Positions 38,840-52,267 of a stretch of DNA of 64,000 bases are shown here, piece by piece. The stretch comes from Eledone cirrhosa. Its lineage: Eukaryota. The translations under genes and the position numbers were made by a program. The first letter of the stretch is position 1. Every line of letters begins with the position of its first letter. The stretch covers positions 69,502,001 to 69,566,000 of the forward strand of contig OZ024743.1 of NCBI GenBank assembly GCA_964016885.1. The letters are read 5' to 3'. The notes below the pieces were generated by a model. The model had not been told where the DNA came from, did no database searches, and worked only from the letters and a program-made list of their open reading frames with translations.

Positions 38840-40097
38840 ACTGGCCGCCCCGCAGCCCCGCTGGACGGACAAGAGAGGACGTTTCCCTTGAGGATGGGGA
38901 GGGAGATGCGTTGGAAGAGGCATTCCATCTTGTGATGGTCACACCTGCGTGTAGCCAACTCCGTGCCGATGGTGGTGAGTAGGGAGGTGGTCCTAGGACC
39001 AAGGACACCAGAAGTCTCCATTACTACAGGTAGCCAACTCCATGTCGATGATGGTGAGTAGGGAGACGGTCCTAGGGCCAAGGATACTAGAAGTCTCCAC
39101 TGCTACAGGTAGCCAACTCCGTGTCGATGGTGGTGTGTAGGGAGACGGTCCTAGGGCCAAGGACACCAGAAATCTCCATTGCTACAGGTAGCCAACTCTG
39201 TGCCGATGGTGGTGAGTAGGGAGACGGTCCTAGGACCAAGGATACTAGAAGTCTCCACTGCTACAGGTAGCCAACTCCGTGTCGATGGTGGTGTGTAGGG
39301 AGACGGTCCTAGGGCCAAGGACACCAGAAATCTCCATTGCTACAGGTAGCCAACTCTGTGCCGATGGTGGTGAGTAGGGAGACGGTCCTAGGGCCAAGGA
39401 CACCAGAAATCTCCATTGCTACAGGTAGCCAACTCTGTGCCGATGGTGGTGTGTAGGGAGACGGTCCTAGGGCCAAGGACACCAGAAATCTCCATTGCTA
39501 CAGGTAGCCAACTCTGTGCCGATGGTGGTGAGTAGGGAGACGGTCCTAGGACCAAGGACACCAGAAATCTCCATTGCTACAGGTAGCCAACTCTGTGCCG
39601 ATGGTGGTGAGTAGGGAGACGGTCCTAGGGCCAAGGACACCAGAAATCTCCATTGCTACAGGTAGCCAACTCTGTGCCGATGGTGGTGAGTAGGGAGACG
39701 GTCCTAGGGCCAAGGACACCAGAAATCTCCATTGCTACAGGTAGCCAACTCTGTGCCGATGGTGGTGAGTAGGGAGACGGTCCTAGGGCCAACGACACCA
39801 GAAATCTCCATTGCTACAGGTAGCCAACTCTGTGCCGATGGTGGTGAGTAGGGAGACGGTCCTAGGGCCAAGGACACCAGAAATCTCCATTGCTACAGGT
39901 AGCCAACTCTGTGCCGATGGTGGTGAGTAGGGAGACGGTCCTAGGGCCAAGGACACCAGAAATCTCCTTTGTTACAGGTAGCCAACTCCGTCCCGATGGT
40001 GGTGAGTAGGGAGACGGTCCTAGGGCCAAGGACACCAGAAATCTCCATTGCTACAGGCTTGACCACAAACAGCTCGGAGAGCAACCGATATCTCCAT
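38840..40097 (-). mobile_element. CRE-type RLE retrotransposon fragment with an internal segment tandemly amplified
   Basis: RYRLLSELFVVKPVAME upstream of the array and ATRRCDHHKMECLFQRISLPILKGN downstream are colinear with 13545-13913. Confidence 0.75.
38951..40056. repeat. 79-bp minisatellite, 14 copies
   Basis: Unit gtagccaactctgtgccgatggtggtgagtagggagacggtcctagggccaaggacaccagaaatctccattgctacag; unit starts at 38951, 39030, 39109... Confidence 0.95.
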
Positions 40098-41379
40098 TGG
40101 ACAGACCTATGAATAGCGATTTACTCGTTAAAATCATTTTGACAATTGTCTGTGATTTGAAGGAAATATGCAGGTATTTCTAGCAGAACGAGCTAATATG
40201 GCGATATGTAACAACGAATAAATTATGATTTTACGTACCTATAATGGTTTCAAACTTAGGGAGAAGGCCAACAATTTTAGCAGATGCGTTAGTTGATTAA
40301 ACCTACTCCAGATCTGCATTAATAATATATTGTATCTAACCAGAAGGACGAAATGCAAAGTTTACATAGAAAGTCAATTGTCGTAAATAAATGTCCCAAA
40401 CCATTTTGTTAGACACTAGCGATTCGGTCATTTCACCGGTTATTGTGAACTTATAATGAAATGTTTTCAAGTTATAATACTGACAATTGTTTTCGGAAAT
40501 GGTAACGACTCGAATAGACCCTTGACTTAAAAGCAGAGTAAGAGTTAAGATATATTTGGCTGTTATTTCTAGCAGATAGAGGAAAGTTTTCAAACTTTTT
40601 CTTGACTTTTATCTCCTTTTGATGGTGAACAAATTTTCTGCAGTGAATATGAAATTTCATATATTTTTCATTTGAATTTTAAACATTAATTATGTAATTA
40701 ACGTGAGCAATTTTACAAGAAACTACTGTAGTCTTTGACGTTTTCCTGCCCCACCATACTTCGCCTGCGAAAGACCATATCTTTACTTCCATTTTCCCCT
40801 TGAGACCCTCAGTGCTTCTCCACGAGACAGGTCACGCCCATCTTAGGATTCTTTCGTCTAGAGCAGCCCCCCTTAGCGCAAATACATATGATTTTATACA
40901 GAAATCTATCACAACATACGACCTTACACAATATTATCTTGGGGAAAAAAATTGGTACAAGTTATGATGAGTCTCAAAACGACAGATGATAATACTATTT
41001 ATATTCATATCTATATTTTGCTATTTCTATTTTTCTCTTTGGCATTTCGTTTTTGTTATTTTCGCGATATTTTCTGTGTCTTCAAGATAATTGATCTTCG
41101 AGTTTCTCAGAATTCCAGCTTCTGTGCTGTCGTTTTTGCATTGATTTCATATATTTGTCTGTAGAGGAACTATTTTTTTTCTACAGCTTTTATTTTTTTG
41201 TTATATTATTTGGTAAATATATACTTGTGCTTCGTGTTACCAAGAAAATAGCCAGTTATGTTTAACCATATGAATAGAGAGACGACATTAAGGAGACTCG
41301 TGTTATTCATTACATTGTGGTAGACATCTTATCTTTACTCACAGAATTAGACTGGTCAATTGAATAGTTTGTATGAGTG

Positions 41380-41717
<338 letters not shown>

Positions 41718-41729
41718 TAAGTTATTCAG

Positions 41730-41886
41730 GGTTGAGTCGGAGGTAACCACAGTAAGTAAGGTACTCAATACATAGCAGAGTATAACAGTTTTAATATAGA
41801 AGAGCTTCTACAGGACTAGAACTGTTTCATTCGTGAGAAATCATTACTCACGAATGAAACAGTTCTAGTCTTGTAGAAGCTCTTCT
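41730..41886 (-). mobile_element. Fold-back cassette of the 12974-13190 family; 40-bp near-perfect hairpin
   Basis: Arms 41798-41837 / 41847-41886 with a 9-nt loop; retains GAAACAG..CTGTAGAAGC, core truncated. Confidence 0.75.
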
Positions 41887-41948
41887 CTCTCTATATATAT
41901 ATATATATACATACATACAAACGCACAGGTATATATATACGCACACAT

Positions 41949-41980
<32 letters not shown>

Positions 41981-42409
41981 CTGCACACGCACAAAAAACA
42001 CAGATCTCACACACAGGCACATACTCATACACATACACACACATATATATGCATATATTCGTATGCAACGTTTCATTCTATGGATTTATACATATATATG
42101 TAGATATAGAGGCGCTAATACATACTTATAACAACATACATTTGTAAGGCTTATCACATACGAGAGCAATCTATACTTATGTAATCACATACATATAACA
42201 ACACACACTAATAAATATGCATGAGTTTTCTAATCTTTTATTCATTTACTTGTTTTACTGTGAGACTGCGGCCATGCTGGATGCCTTTGTGGGAGGTATC
42301 AAGCTGAATACATGATATATCGAACGCATTTTGTCGATATGATAAGTTACCCAATATAAAATAGTAAATGTAATTACAGACTTGGTCATTTCATAAAAGT
42401 GAATATACA

Positions 42410-42486
<77 letters not shown>

Positions 42487-42952
42487 TATACGTACATATA
42501 CATTATATATATATACACATACATATGCATTATATATATATATATATATATATATACATTATATATACATACATATATATATATATATATATTACACACA
42601 TATATATATACACATATATACTGTATAGACATACATATTATAGACACACATTATATATATATATATGTACATACATATACATTATATATATACATACATA
42701 TACACTATATATATATATACACATATAAATTCAGCGAGATCGTTATTCGGCGGTGGCCAAAAACAAAGCGAAACGCTATCTTCGAGATATGCAGCAAGCG
42801 CTTAATGGACTAAAAGAAGACTAGTGCAATTACCATACGTTATAGAGACCAGACAAAATGAAAACGGTGGTCGGATCGAAAAAAAAACGAAGCAAGCTAA
42901 TCAGGTTATCAAAATAATTTACCTGGGCTCCTGGAAATTGATATATAATGAA

Positions 42953-43025
<73 letters not shown>

Positions 43026-43146
43026 AAAGTTATATTTAAAATTGTTGGGTTACAACTAGTAAATATTTATAACTGATATAAAAGCACTCGACAAATATTT
43101 GGAGTATATTTACAATATTAAATAAATGGAACTGTTTATATTGTAT

Positions 43147-43206
43147 TTTGTCTGAGGAAGGCATAGCATATTGTTAATATGATATCCCCGAAATATATAT
43201 AATGAA
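43147..43206 (+). ncRNA. Type I hammerhead ribozyme motif in a fold-back cassette (arms 43111-43140 / 43220-43252) between (TA)n tracts
   Basis: tttgt-CTGAGGA-aGGcATAgCATATT(gtt)AATATGaTATcCCc-GAAA-TATATA-TA-atgaa; stem I has two G-U pairs. Confidence 0.6.
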
Positions 43207-43246
43207 ATAAATATGGTTTTATAAATATAGTTTCCATTTATTTAAT

Positions 43247-43310
<64 letters not shown>

Positions 43311-43360
43311 ATACATATATATTATATATATAAACATATATACACATATCATATATTCAC

Positions 43361-43400
<40 letters not shown>

Positions 43401-43433
43401 TACATTTTATATCTAAATATATATTTTACATAT

Positions 43434-43467
<34 letters not shown>

Positions 43468-43577
43468 ATGCATATACATATACATTTAGATATGCATATA
43501 CCTTTTATATATGTACATATACATATATATTTTATATATATGCATATAGTATACATATAATATATATATTATATATA

Positions 43578-44000
43578 CTAGCAGAAAAACCATCCGTTGC
43601 GTGGTTTTTTTCTTGCATGTGTAGTGTGTATCTTGATATTATGCGCAAAGATATATACATGTAGATATGATACGTCAAATGAAATCGTAATTGATAATAG
43701 GCTCAGAAATTGAACGAAGTCTGTGTTACACTCTCGTCTGTAAGCAAAGTAATCTCTGAAACATAAAAAAAAGACGATATTATATATAAACTGCATATAT
43801 AATGAATTAAAATATTATGAAAACGAAAAAGGAGAAAATTATCGACGGATATATAAACCTTATATAACGATGCAAATATATGAATGTTTATATAAGCGAT
43901 GTGATAAGTGCTGTAAAATAACGGACGCTAAGCGGAAGTGTTGACATTTGAAAATGTTAAAGAAGTGAATCTTATAATAAGCAATACTTCATATATAAGA
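43578..44000 (-). mobile_element. Probable non-autonomous Helitron
   Basis: Minus-strand 3' end: hairpin aaaaacca-cgcaacgga-tggttttt, then ctg-CTAG|T; candidate 5' TCTTATATAT at 44000 (preceded by T, not A). Confidence 0.45.
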
Positions 44001-44060
44001 ATATGTTTAATCAAGAGCTACGAAATTTAGTAGATACATTACATTATTTACTCAAAGGTT

Positions 44061-44240
44061 GGTGGATTGGCAGTATCGATAGAGGGTCGGACGCCATGCA
44101 TTGACGCATGGAGTTACGTCGCTTGCCATTTCAAATCCCGCCGAGGTTAACTTTGCCTTTCATCCTTACGGAGTCGATAAATTAAAGTACTAGTAATACA
44201 GTGGGTAATTGCTGGCCTTGTGCCAAAAGTAGAAACAATT
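44061..44240 (+). mobile_element. tRNA-derived SINE
   Basis: A-box-like tggcagtatcgatagagg, B-box-like ttcaaatccc, central gcctttcatcc..gtcgataaa..agtac, tail gccttgtgccaaaagtagaaacaatt. Confidence 0.85.
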
Positions 44241-44640
44241 ATATTATAGATTCATACATTTTATATGTGTGTGTTTTTGTACAATAAGCTTCCACAGAAT
44301 TTGGGTCTACCATCTTGACCTCAAGCCGTGGATAGAATAAAAGTCTCTTGTTCTTGTCACCGGGTCAAGGGACCAACAACCCTATAGTTTTGAAGTGGAT
44401 TTGTTAGCCACACATCCATGCATATACGTTCATCTCCACCGACGACATATTTTTTGATTGTCCTGACATAGATATATACATGTACATGCACACACGTATA
44501 TGTGCATATACATATATGCTTGTATGTATATACACAAATATATGTATAGACACCTATATATATGTGAATATTTACATATATGTGTATATAGACGCAAGCA
44601 TATACATATATATAAGCACACATTAATCATATACATATAT

Positions 44641-44724
<84 letters not shown>

Positions 44725-46822
44725 ATACTTTGGGAGGGTCATGTTGCCAATAAATTCAGAAACGAAATATATATATATATAGTGTGTGTGTGTGTGTGTG
44801 TCATATATTTTCCTATCTTATGTACATCATACATAGTAATTGTCTCAAGTTATTTGGTCATCCCAAAATAGTATATCACCATCATCCCAAATCATGAAAT
44901 TATTATTGGTAAATTACTATTCCTTTCTGTAGTCAAAGTCTGTAACATACGAAACCTCTACAACCACACGCCATCCTCTCATTTCACCATTATCTGTCAG
45001 CTGAATAGCTAAAATAGCTTAGATATCCAGGAATCGTGTCTTCTGTCTCATTCTCTTGTCTGTCTGTAATTTTAGGTTCACAATTACTTTGAAAATTATT
45101 CTAAGAAAAAAGTATATCTGTGTAAGAATTCTTTTCTATTTTTTTTTTTTCTTGTGTTCATTTGAACTTTGTGGAATCGCTGAGATGTAATTTATTCTAT
45201 ATTGGGAAAGTCAGTGAAGGAAGGACGAAAGGAACACGCCTATAAACCGTTTTATAGTGACTTTGAGACTCTTGACTAGAACTTAAGTACATTATCGTCA
45301 TGCCAACGGCTTGGTCCGCATGTTAACTTGGTTAAAGCTTCACTTTTGCAGGGTTTTCGAGACACTTGACTAGAAGTGAGTATATTATCGTCATGCCGAA
45401 GACTCGGTTCACATGCTAACTCCGTAAAATCTTTCGGTGCCACCCGATACCGGAAATGTCGTGGTATGTTAAAACTAGGTAAAAACCAACGCAAACGTAA
45501 ACTTGAAAATGATTCTTAGAAAATGTAACCATTGCAGAGATGGGTTAGTACAAAAAACAAATGAGATATCCCTGGTTTATTGTACAGTGCGTTTCTTGGG
45601 CATTTTTAAAACCTGGCGTACCCCATCTTTTACCATGTCTGTAAACAGCCAGTTTCTTATACAGAAAGTATAACACTCAATAATATATAGCCCTCGAAAT
45701 GATATAAAGGCCAAGTCGACCTCAGCGGAATCTGAACTCAGAATGCAGGAACCCAAAACAAATATCGCAAAATATTCAAACCGTCGTGTTAACGATTAGC
45801 CACCTAGAAAGATATATATAAAATCATTTATTCACAGATATATGAGTTACAAAACTATACATCGTACATATGATATGTCTTCGGGTTAAACAGAAAATCG
45901 TTGAAGATGTGTTAGTTGTCTGATCAAACACGTGATCAGCTATTCTTTTTTAAGTAAATTTGCTTAGTTAGTTACCTAGCGTACGTAAGTCATTCGTTTT
46001 TGATGTTGCTTTAATTTTGTTTTTATCATTTGAGTACATAATTGGGGCATTATTACAGGCTCGTTAATCGTATTGTGTGACACTGGTGAGGTATAAAAAA
46101 TTGAATTTGAATTGAGAGCCAATGAATTTCTAATTAGAATGTCAAAATTTGAAAGATAACAGGAAATTCAATGATGGGTTCAAGTCCTGGCTTTGCATTA
46201 AAAAATAAATCGATATGAATTACATTTGGTTTTCTATAAATTTGTGAGATTATCTCATTTTTTGTGTTAGCTGTATAGAATTACATCAAAATTACGCAGT
46301 AAAAATTGGCATTAAAAATATACATGACAACATTTGAAAATAGGATGAAAAAGTTTTTTTAAGGTGCCATAAATTCAGGATAAAGCATGATATGTGTTTC
46401 AGAATAGGTGTACAGCTTATCTTTGCGAAACTATTTCTCATTAGGTTAGTACTTCATCAAAATTCAATCTTCTTCAGATCTATGTATGATACATTAAGTG
46501 TAATAAAACGTAAGATATAATAACCGTTACATTTGATAATTGGGAAAATTGGTAATATTTAACTTGAACATTCGAAACCAATGCATGCTTGATTTCACAT
46601 TGTGTTTTATATTTTGCAATAGTAATTAATTAAATATATGGGTTTAAATGAAATGAAGATAGGACTTAAATTTCTCCTGTTGAAATTTGACTGGCGGCTG
46701 CAAATTCTGTTTGGGGGTTTTAATACATCAGTGTATAAATGATATTCATATGATGTATAGAGTTAAATGTATAAAAAGGATGTGGATGCTGCGTGTTATA
46801 AATTATTGGATGATTTTTTAAA

Positions 46823-47016
46823 ACTTCAATTTATTTTTTGTGGTTAGAGACTTTCAGAAGAGCTGGCGTGTAGAAGGTCTTAAGAGAAGAAACCCATCAA
46901 ACGAGTATTTCAGCCCTTATCTTCTAGAGGGGGCCGAAACATTCGCTTGAGGGTGGCTTCTCTGACAAGGTCCAGGTCTCCTGAGAGTTTCTTACACCAA
47001 AACAATGAATTGAAGT
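46823..47016. mobile_element. Old, degenerate palindromic cassette turning at a stem II/GAAAC-like motif
   Basis: acttcaattt..gagactttcag / ctgagagtttct..aattgaagt; centre tcaaacgagtatttcagccct / ggggccgaaacattcgcttga. Confidence 0.5.
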
Positions 47017-47057
47017 AAAAAGTAATAAATTACTGAAATAAACATATAATGGATAAT

Positions 47058-47447
47058 TATGTTTACTTTTGGCACAAGGCCAACAATTACCCAGTACATT
47101 ACTGCTACTTTATTTTATCAACCCCTTAAGGATGAAAGGTAAAGTTAACATCGGCGGGATTTAAACTCAGAATGGCAAGGGCCTTAACTCTATGCGTGAA
47201 AGCATGGCGTCCGACCCTCTACCGATACTGCCAATCCACCGTCATAAACATATAATGGATAATTGTTTCTACTTTTGGCACAAGTTCAGCGATTACCCAG
47301 TACATTACTGGTACTTTATTTTATCAACCCCGTAAGGATGAAAGGCAAAGTTAACCTCGGCGGGATTTGAACTCAGACTGTAAAGGGAAGTAACTATGCT
47401 GGAAAGCATGGCGTCCGACCCTCTACCGATAATCCTGATTCACTGCC
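47058..47447 (-). mobile_element. Two tandem full-length SINEs on the minus strand
   Basis: 47058-47243 and 47264-47447, separated and flanked by an identical 20-mer. Confidence 0.9.
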
Positions 47448-47638
47448 ATAAACATATAATGGATAATGAGAATTAATTAGAATTGCATTATGTAAATCTA
47501 TATCGTGTTGAAATATATATTTGGGTTTTTCAAAATTAATTTAAGAAACGAATTGTGCACGGTATATCGTGCGCGAGAGTTCTAGACATTGCTGGATACG
47601 GTTAAGATTTGCGAATCAATCAAATAGTCATTATCATT

Positions 47639-48195
47639 ATTGGCTGTATCGGTAGAGAGTCGGACGCCATACTTTGCAGCATAGAGTTACGGCTCTATAT
47701 GCTCTGAGTTCAAATCCCGCCGAGGTTAATTTTGCCATTCATCCTTACAGGGTCAAAAAGTATAGTACCAATAATACACTGGGATAATTTCTGGCCTTGT
47801 GCCAAAAGTAGATACAATTATCATTATTGACAGTATCGGTAGAGGGTCGGACGCCATACTTTGCAGCATAGAGTTACGGCTCTATCTGCTCTGAGTTCAA
47901 ATCCCACCGAGGTTAACTTTACCTTTCATCCTTGCGGAGTCGATAAAATAAAGTACCAGTAATGCACTGTGTAATTGCTGGCCTTGTGCCAAAAGTAGAA
48001 ACAATTATTTTTTAGGTCAATGGATTGGAAGTATTGGTAGAGGGTCAGACGCCATGCTTTGCAGCATAGAGGTAAGGCCCTTCATGATCTGAGTTCCAAT
48101 CTCGCTGAGGCTAACTTTGCCTTTCAGCCTTACGGGGCCGATACCAGTAATGCACTGGGGTAATTGATGGCCTTGTGCCAAAACGTAGAAATAAT
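47639..48195 (+). mobile_element. Three tandem SINEs on the plus strand
   Basis: ~47639-47822, 47827-48007, 48019-48195; same consensus. Confidence 0.9.
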
Positions 48196-49397
48196 AATAA
48201 TTATTTTTATTATTGTTTTGTGTTTTAACCTGTAGACGTATAATATCTGTTCTGTACATCCGAAATATTTCAGTATTTAAGTTGCATGAACATGTAAGTG
48301 TATCATCTGGGTAATAGTTTAATATGATTCCTGTTGAGCTGATGTCTTACGAAAATTCAGAAACTATTCAGCATTCGAAACACTTCCGGCGCTAAAAAGA
48401 ACGGCAACTCTTGAGATGCAGTTTTGAGCAATGATAGATCTCCATCAGTTTGGTCAAACCTATTTTTTTTTTTTTTATTCTTTATTTTCTTCTGATCTCC
48501 AAAACAAAAGATTGGTGCATGCACAATAGGTTTCGAAGCGAATTACTTAGCCAAACGGAAGTCTTCCGTGAGAAAATAATTATGTGCAGACATGTCTTGG
48601 GGCTGTGACATCTGGTGAGATTTCCTAGAAGGCGTGCATTTGTTGTTTTTTTACTGACATATCATCAATTAAACGTAGCTACAGTTTGGAATAATCGGAG
48701 GGGTTGCAAGAATCGGGGGAAAGGAAAATCGGTAATTATTTTGCCTTGGCTCTGTTGATTGTTTTTAAAAACCAGAATTATTCGTTTTGTTTACATATTG
48801 AGACCCCAATGCATCCTATTTATTTTATACAAAATGAGATTTCTTGCAATGTTTTTTTTTTGTTTTTTGTTTGTCATATATGTTTATTAATGTCTCAAGA
48901 AAATTAATTGTCGCATGAATACTACCACTAGATAGATTAGCAAAATGTGATAAGATTGAGGAATAGTGAAATAAGAGCGGTGGTGATAGAAAAAAATCTG
49001 AAAATTGAATAAGTGGAGGGAGTGGAACGAGTATTCAAAATTCGAGCGTTGATGCTATTCATATTATTCTTATATTTAGTATTGGTAATAGGAGTAGCAG
49101 AGGAGTGGGTGGTGGTGGTAGGAGTAGTAGTAATAATTCGTGGTAGTGTTTCTAGATCAGGTCCACTGGCTTAAAAACAATAAATATTTCAGTATTCAAC
49201 TGTTTCACTTGTGGTGTAAGTTTTCTCAATATTTTCTAGTTGAATATATTCCTATATACATTGTTTATGATATAATGATGTGAAACATTTATAAATATTC
49301 GTTGAACTAGTATGACATAAATATATATATATATTTGTGTAAGGTGAGAAAGCACATCCTCTACGTATGTGATCGTGCATAAACGTACACACACACA

Positions 49398-49465
<68 letters not shown>

Positions 49466-50224
49466 AGTCTGTGTGAGTATGTGTGTAAGGTAAGTAAGCA
49501 TATCTATGTATGTGTTCATGCATAAACATACTCATTTATATATGTGTGTTTGTGTCTTGTAGATGGATTAATTTATTTCTTTTGCCACATTTTCTTCACG
49601 AATCAACTACTAAAATTATTATTCTATTGTTTTTGTTTCCTATTTTCCCTGCCAACGCTTCACAGTCGATTTGACCCAACATCAACTTCACCCAACCAGA
49701 AAACATAAAAACTTTGCTTTTTCGACCGTCATTTTTTTCTTCGCTATATTTTTCTGTCGTGGGAAACCAATGTTAATCTTCTTTTCTTTCTTTTATTTTA
49801 CTTATTTTGCCTTTATAAATAGCATATAATTGTTTTTCAATTGTCTATATTACAAGATGACTTATCGTTGCTGACGTTAATACTGTTCTCTGTGAACAGT
49901 CACGTTTCAGAGAGCTGCACGTAGAAAATATTTTCTTTAAGGATTACTTCATGAAAAATAGTTTTTCTCATCATATTTTTTTTTAGTTTTCTCACTAATG
50001 TGCTTTAAGATCGACAATCAGATGAGGTTACAGGAATAGCACAAATTTATTATTAGTACCATTACAATTAAATTGTCGTGGATTCGAATAGTTCTGAGAG
50101 CATGAGAGGAAATACTTCGTAGTATTTTATTATGGCAATCTGCCTTATGATTTCAATTACCACTAAGACTAACTTTGTCTTTCATCCTTCTGAGATCGAT
50201 ACAATAAAGTGTCACCGTTCCGCG

Positions 50225-50560
50225 GTGGCAAACCCCTTATCTGGCATGCCACTTGCAGCAACACTTTCTACAGCCGCAATCTGGTGCAGTCTGCGACTAA
50301 CCCAGGTTCTGCTGCACATCGGGCTGAGGAGGCCAAACTCTCCAAGTACGGTCACTCTCCGACATGTTTGCTGTCGTGCCCTTGGCAGTGGAGACTTCTG
50401 GTGTCCTTGGCCCTAGGGCTACCTCCCTACTCACCACCATAGGCGCTGAGCTTGCCAGCTGCAAGTGTAAATTGCAATAGCTCTTCTAGCACATCTCCCT
50501 TAGCATCCTCCGGGAAACACCTTCTCCATTCTGTCCGCCGGGGCTGTGGGGAGGCCAGCA
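50225..50560 (+). mobile_element. CRE-type RLE 3' fragment (degenerate)
   Basis: GGKPLIWHATCSNTF..NLVQSATNPGSAAHRAEEAKLSKY; nucleotide match to 13563-13905. Confidence 0.75.
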
Positions 50561-50847
50561 CGTGGGACCCCATTTGCTCACCATACAGAGAGATGGAGAG
50601 GACGAGAGAGATGGAGCCGATGTCAGTGCGAGTTCGGCTCTTCCGCGTTCGGACCATATCCTTGTGGTTGTGTTCATTATCCATAGATAACTATATTCCA
50701 AAACTATCCTTATTTTTCGCTCTGCTGTCATCCCATTTTTATCAAAAGACATGTATCTTACAGTACCTGTACGATCAACGATCCCTTCCCCTAAATTGCT
50801 GTACTTCTGTCAAAATTAGAAACAATTAATATTATAATTCTGAAGCC

Positions 50848-52210
50848 AGTGAATTGACAGTCGCTAGAGCGTCGGACAAAATGCTTTGTAGCATTTAGTT
50901 ACTGACCTTTCGTGAGTTCAAAACTCGCCGAGACCAGCATTGACTTTCATCGTTCCGGGGATGATAACATATAGTATCAGTCATAAACAACATATCACTG
51001 GTCATGTACTAATAATATAAACATCATAATTTGGAATAGGTTAGATGGAGTGCTAGAAGCGGTAAAGCGGTAAAGCATATTCAATTACAGCTTTTTACAT
51101 TCATAGTTCAAACACCATCGAGGTCGACCTTACTTTCCGTCACACCCAAAACGATAAACTAATTTTTCAGTAAAGTAGTAGTGTTAACGTAATTAACTAT
51201 GCCTCTCCAATTGTGAGCCGTTTGCTTACGTAAAAGGGTAAAGGTAGTGTCACTTTCGGTCACGAAATACCGTGGTGTTTGCATCTAGAAAGTTCTCCTC
51301 CGGGCTACAAGTCCCAGCAAGGATGTTTGTGGAAGACCAGCAAATCCTCCCTGCGCACCAGTCTTCCTTCCCCACACCACAAATGTTGTCAGAGGGAAAT
51401 GCAAGCCGAACGCTCTAACCACAACACCCTATGCCTTCACTTTGCTAAAGTAGGAAGCCATTATTATTATGGTTGACAGTATCGGTAGAGGGTCGGACGC
51501 CATGTTTGCAGCATAGAGTTACGGCCCTTTATGGTCTGAGTCCAAATCCCGCTGAAGTTAACTTTGCCGTTCAATCTTACGGGGTCGATAAAATAAAGTA
51601 CCAGTAATGTACTGGAATAATTGCTGGCCTTGTGCCAACAGTAGAAGCAATTATTTTGGTTGGCGTTGTGACAGTATCAGTTGCGCATCGAACAAAAAAG
51701 CTTAGCGGTATGTAGACAAGATGTTTTATCAGTTCAAATCTTGCCGAGATCAACTTTGTCTTTTATCTCTCGATGATCGATAAATTAAAATACCAAAAAC
51801 GTAATGGTATTGGTATAATAGACATTCCCATTTACCCCCACACCCACCACAAAAACTATTGTTGGCCTTATGCCTAGATTAGAAACCAATAATATCGTTG
51901 GCAGATTCATTACACCGTCAAACAAAATACATTAGTTTCAGCTATTTATGTTCTATGTTCAAATCCCACAAAGGTTCATTTGACATTTCATTATACTGAG
52001 ATCGTCGAACACAATGCCTTGTGGCATAGAGTCACGGCTCTTTTTCGTTCTGATTTCAATTTCCACCATGGTTAGTTAGCTTTGCCTTTCATCCCCACAA
52101 AATTTGCAGGCATTGTACCTAAATAATAAACTAGAACTTGTCATATACTGAGGTCAATATATTCAATATATCGAATCAAATTGCTATCCTTGTGCTTAAC
52201 TTGTGGATCA
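50848..52210. mobile_element. Cluster of young and old SINE copies (intact + copy ~51470-51655; minus-strand tRNA head ~51280-51430)
   Basis: Repeated gttcaaa..gag..actttgcc/tttcatc..gataaa motifs. Confidence 0.7.
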
Positions 52211-52267
52211 TTTGGATTCAGGTATAACTGAATAATTAAGATGTAGGACTAAATGACATCATATTCA

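Noticed and set aside
38951-40056. Regular array resembling CRISPR
   Set aside because: Contiguous near-identical 79-bp units with no unique spacers; derived from retrotransposon coding sequence; eukaryotic context, no cas genes
45265-45420. Two diverged ~60-bp direct repeats 94 bp apart (similar small duplication at 24522-24655)
   Set aside because: Ordinary local duplications with no further structure
46300-46735. Possible Tc1-like terminal region ending cagtgta
   Set aside because: No matching opposite TIR or transposase remnant found by eye
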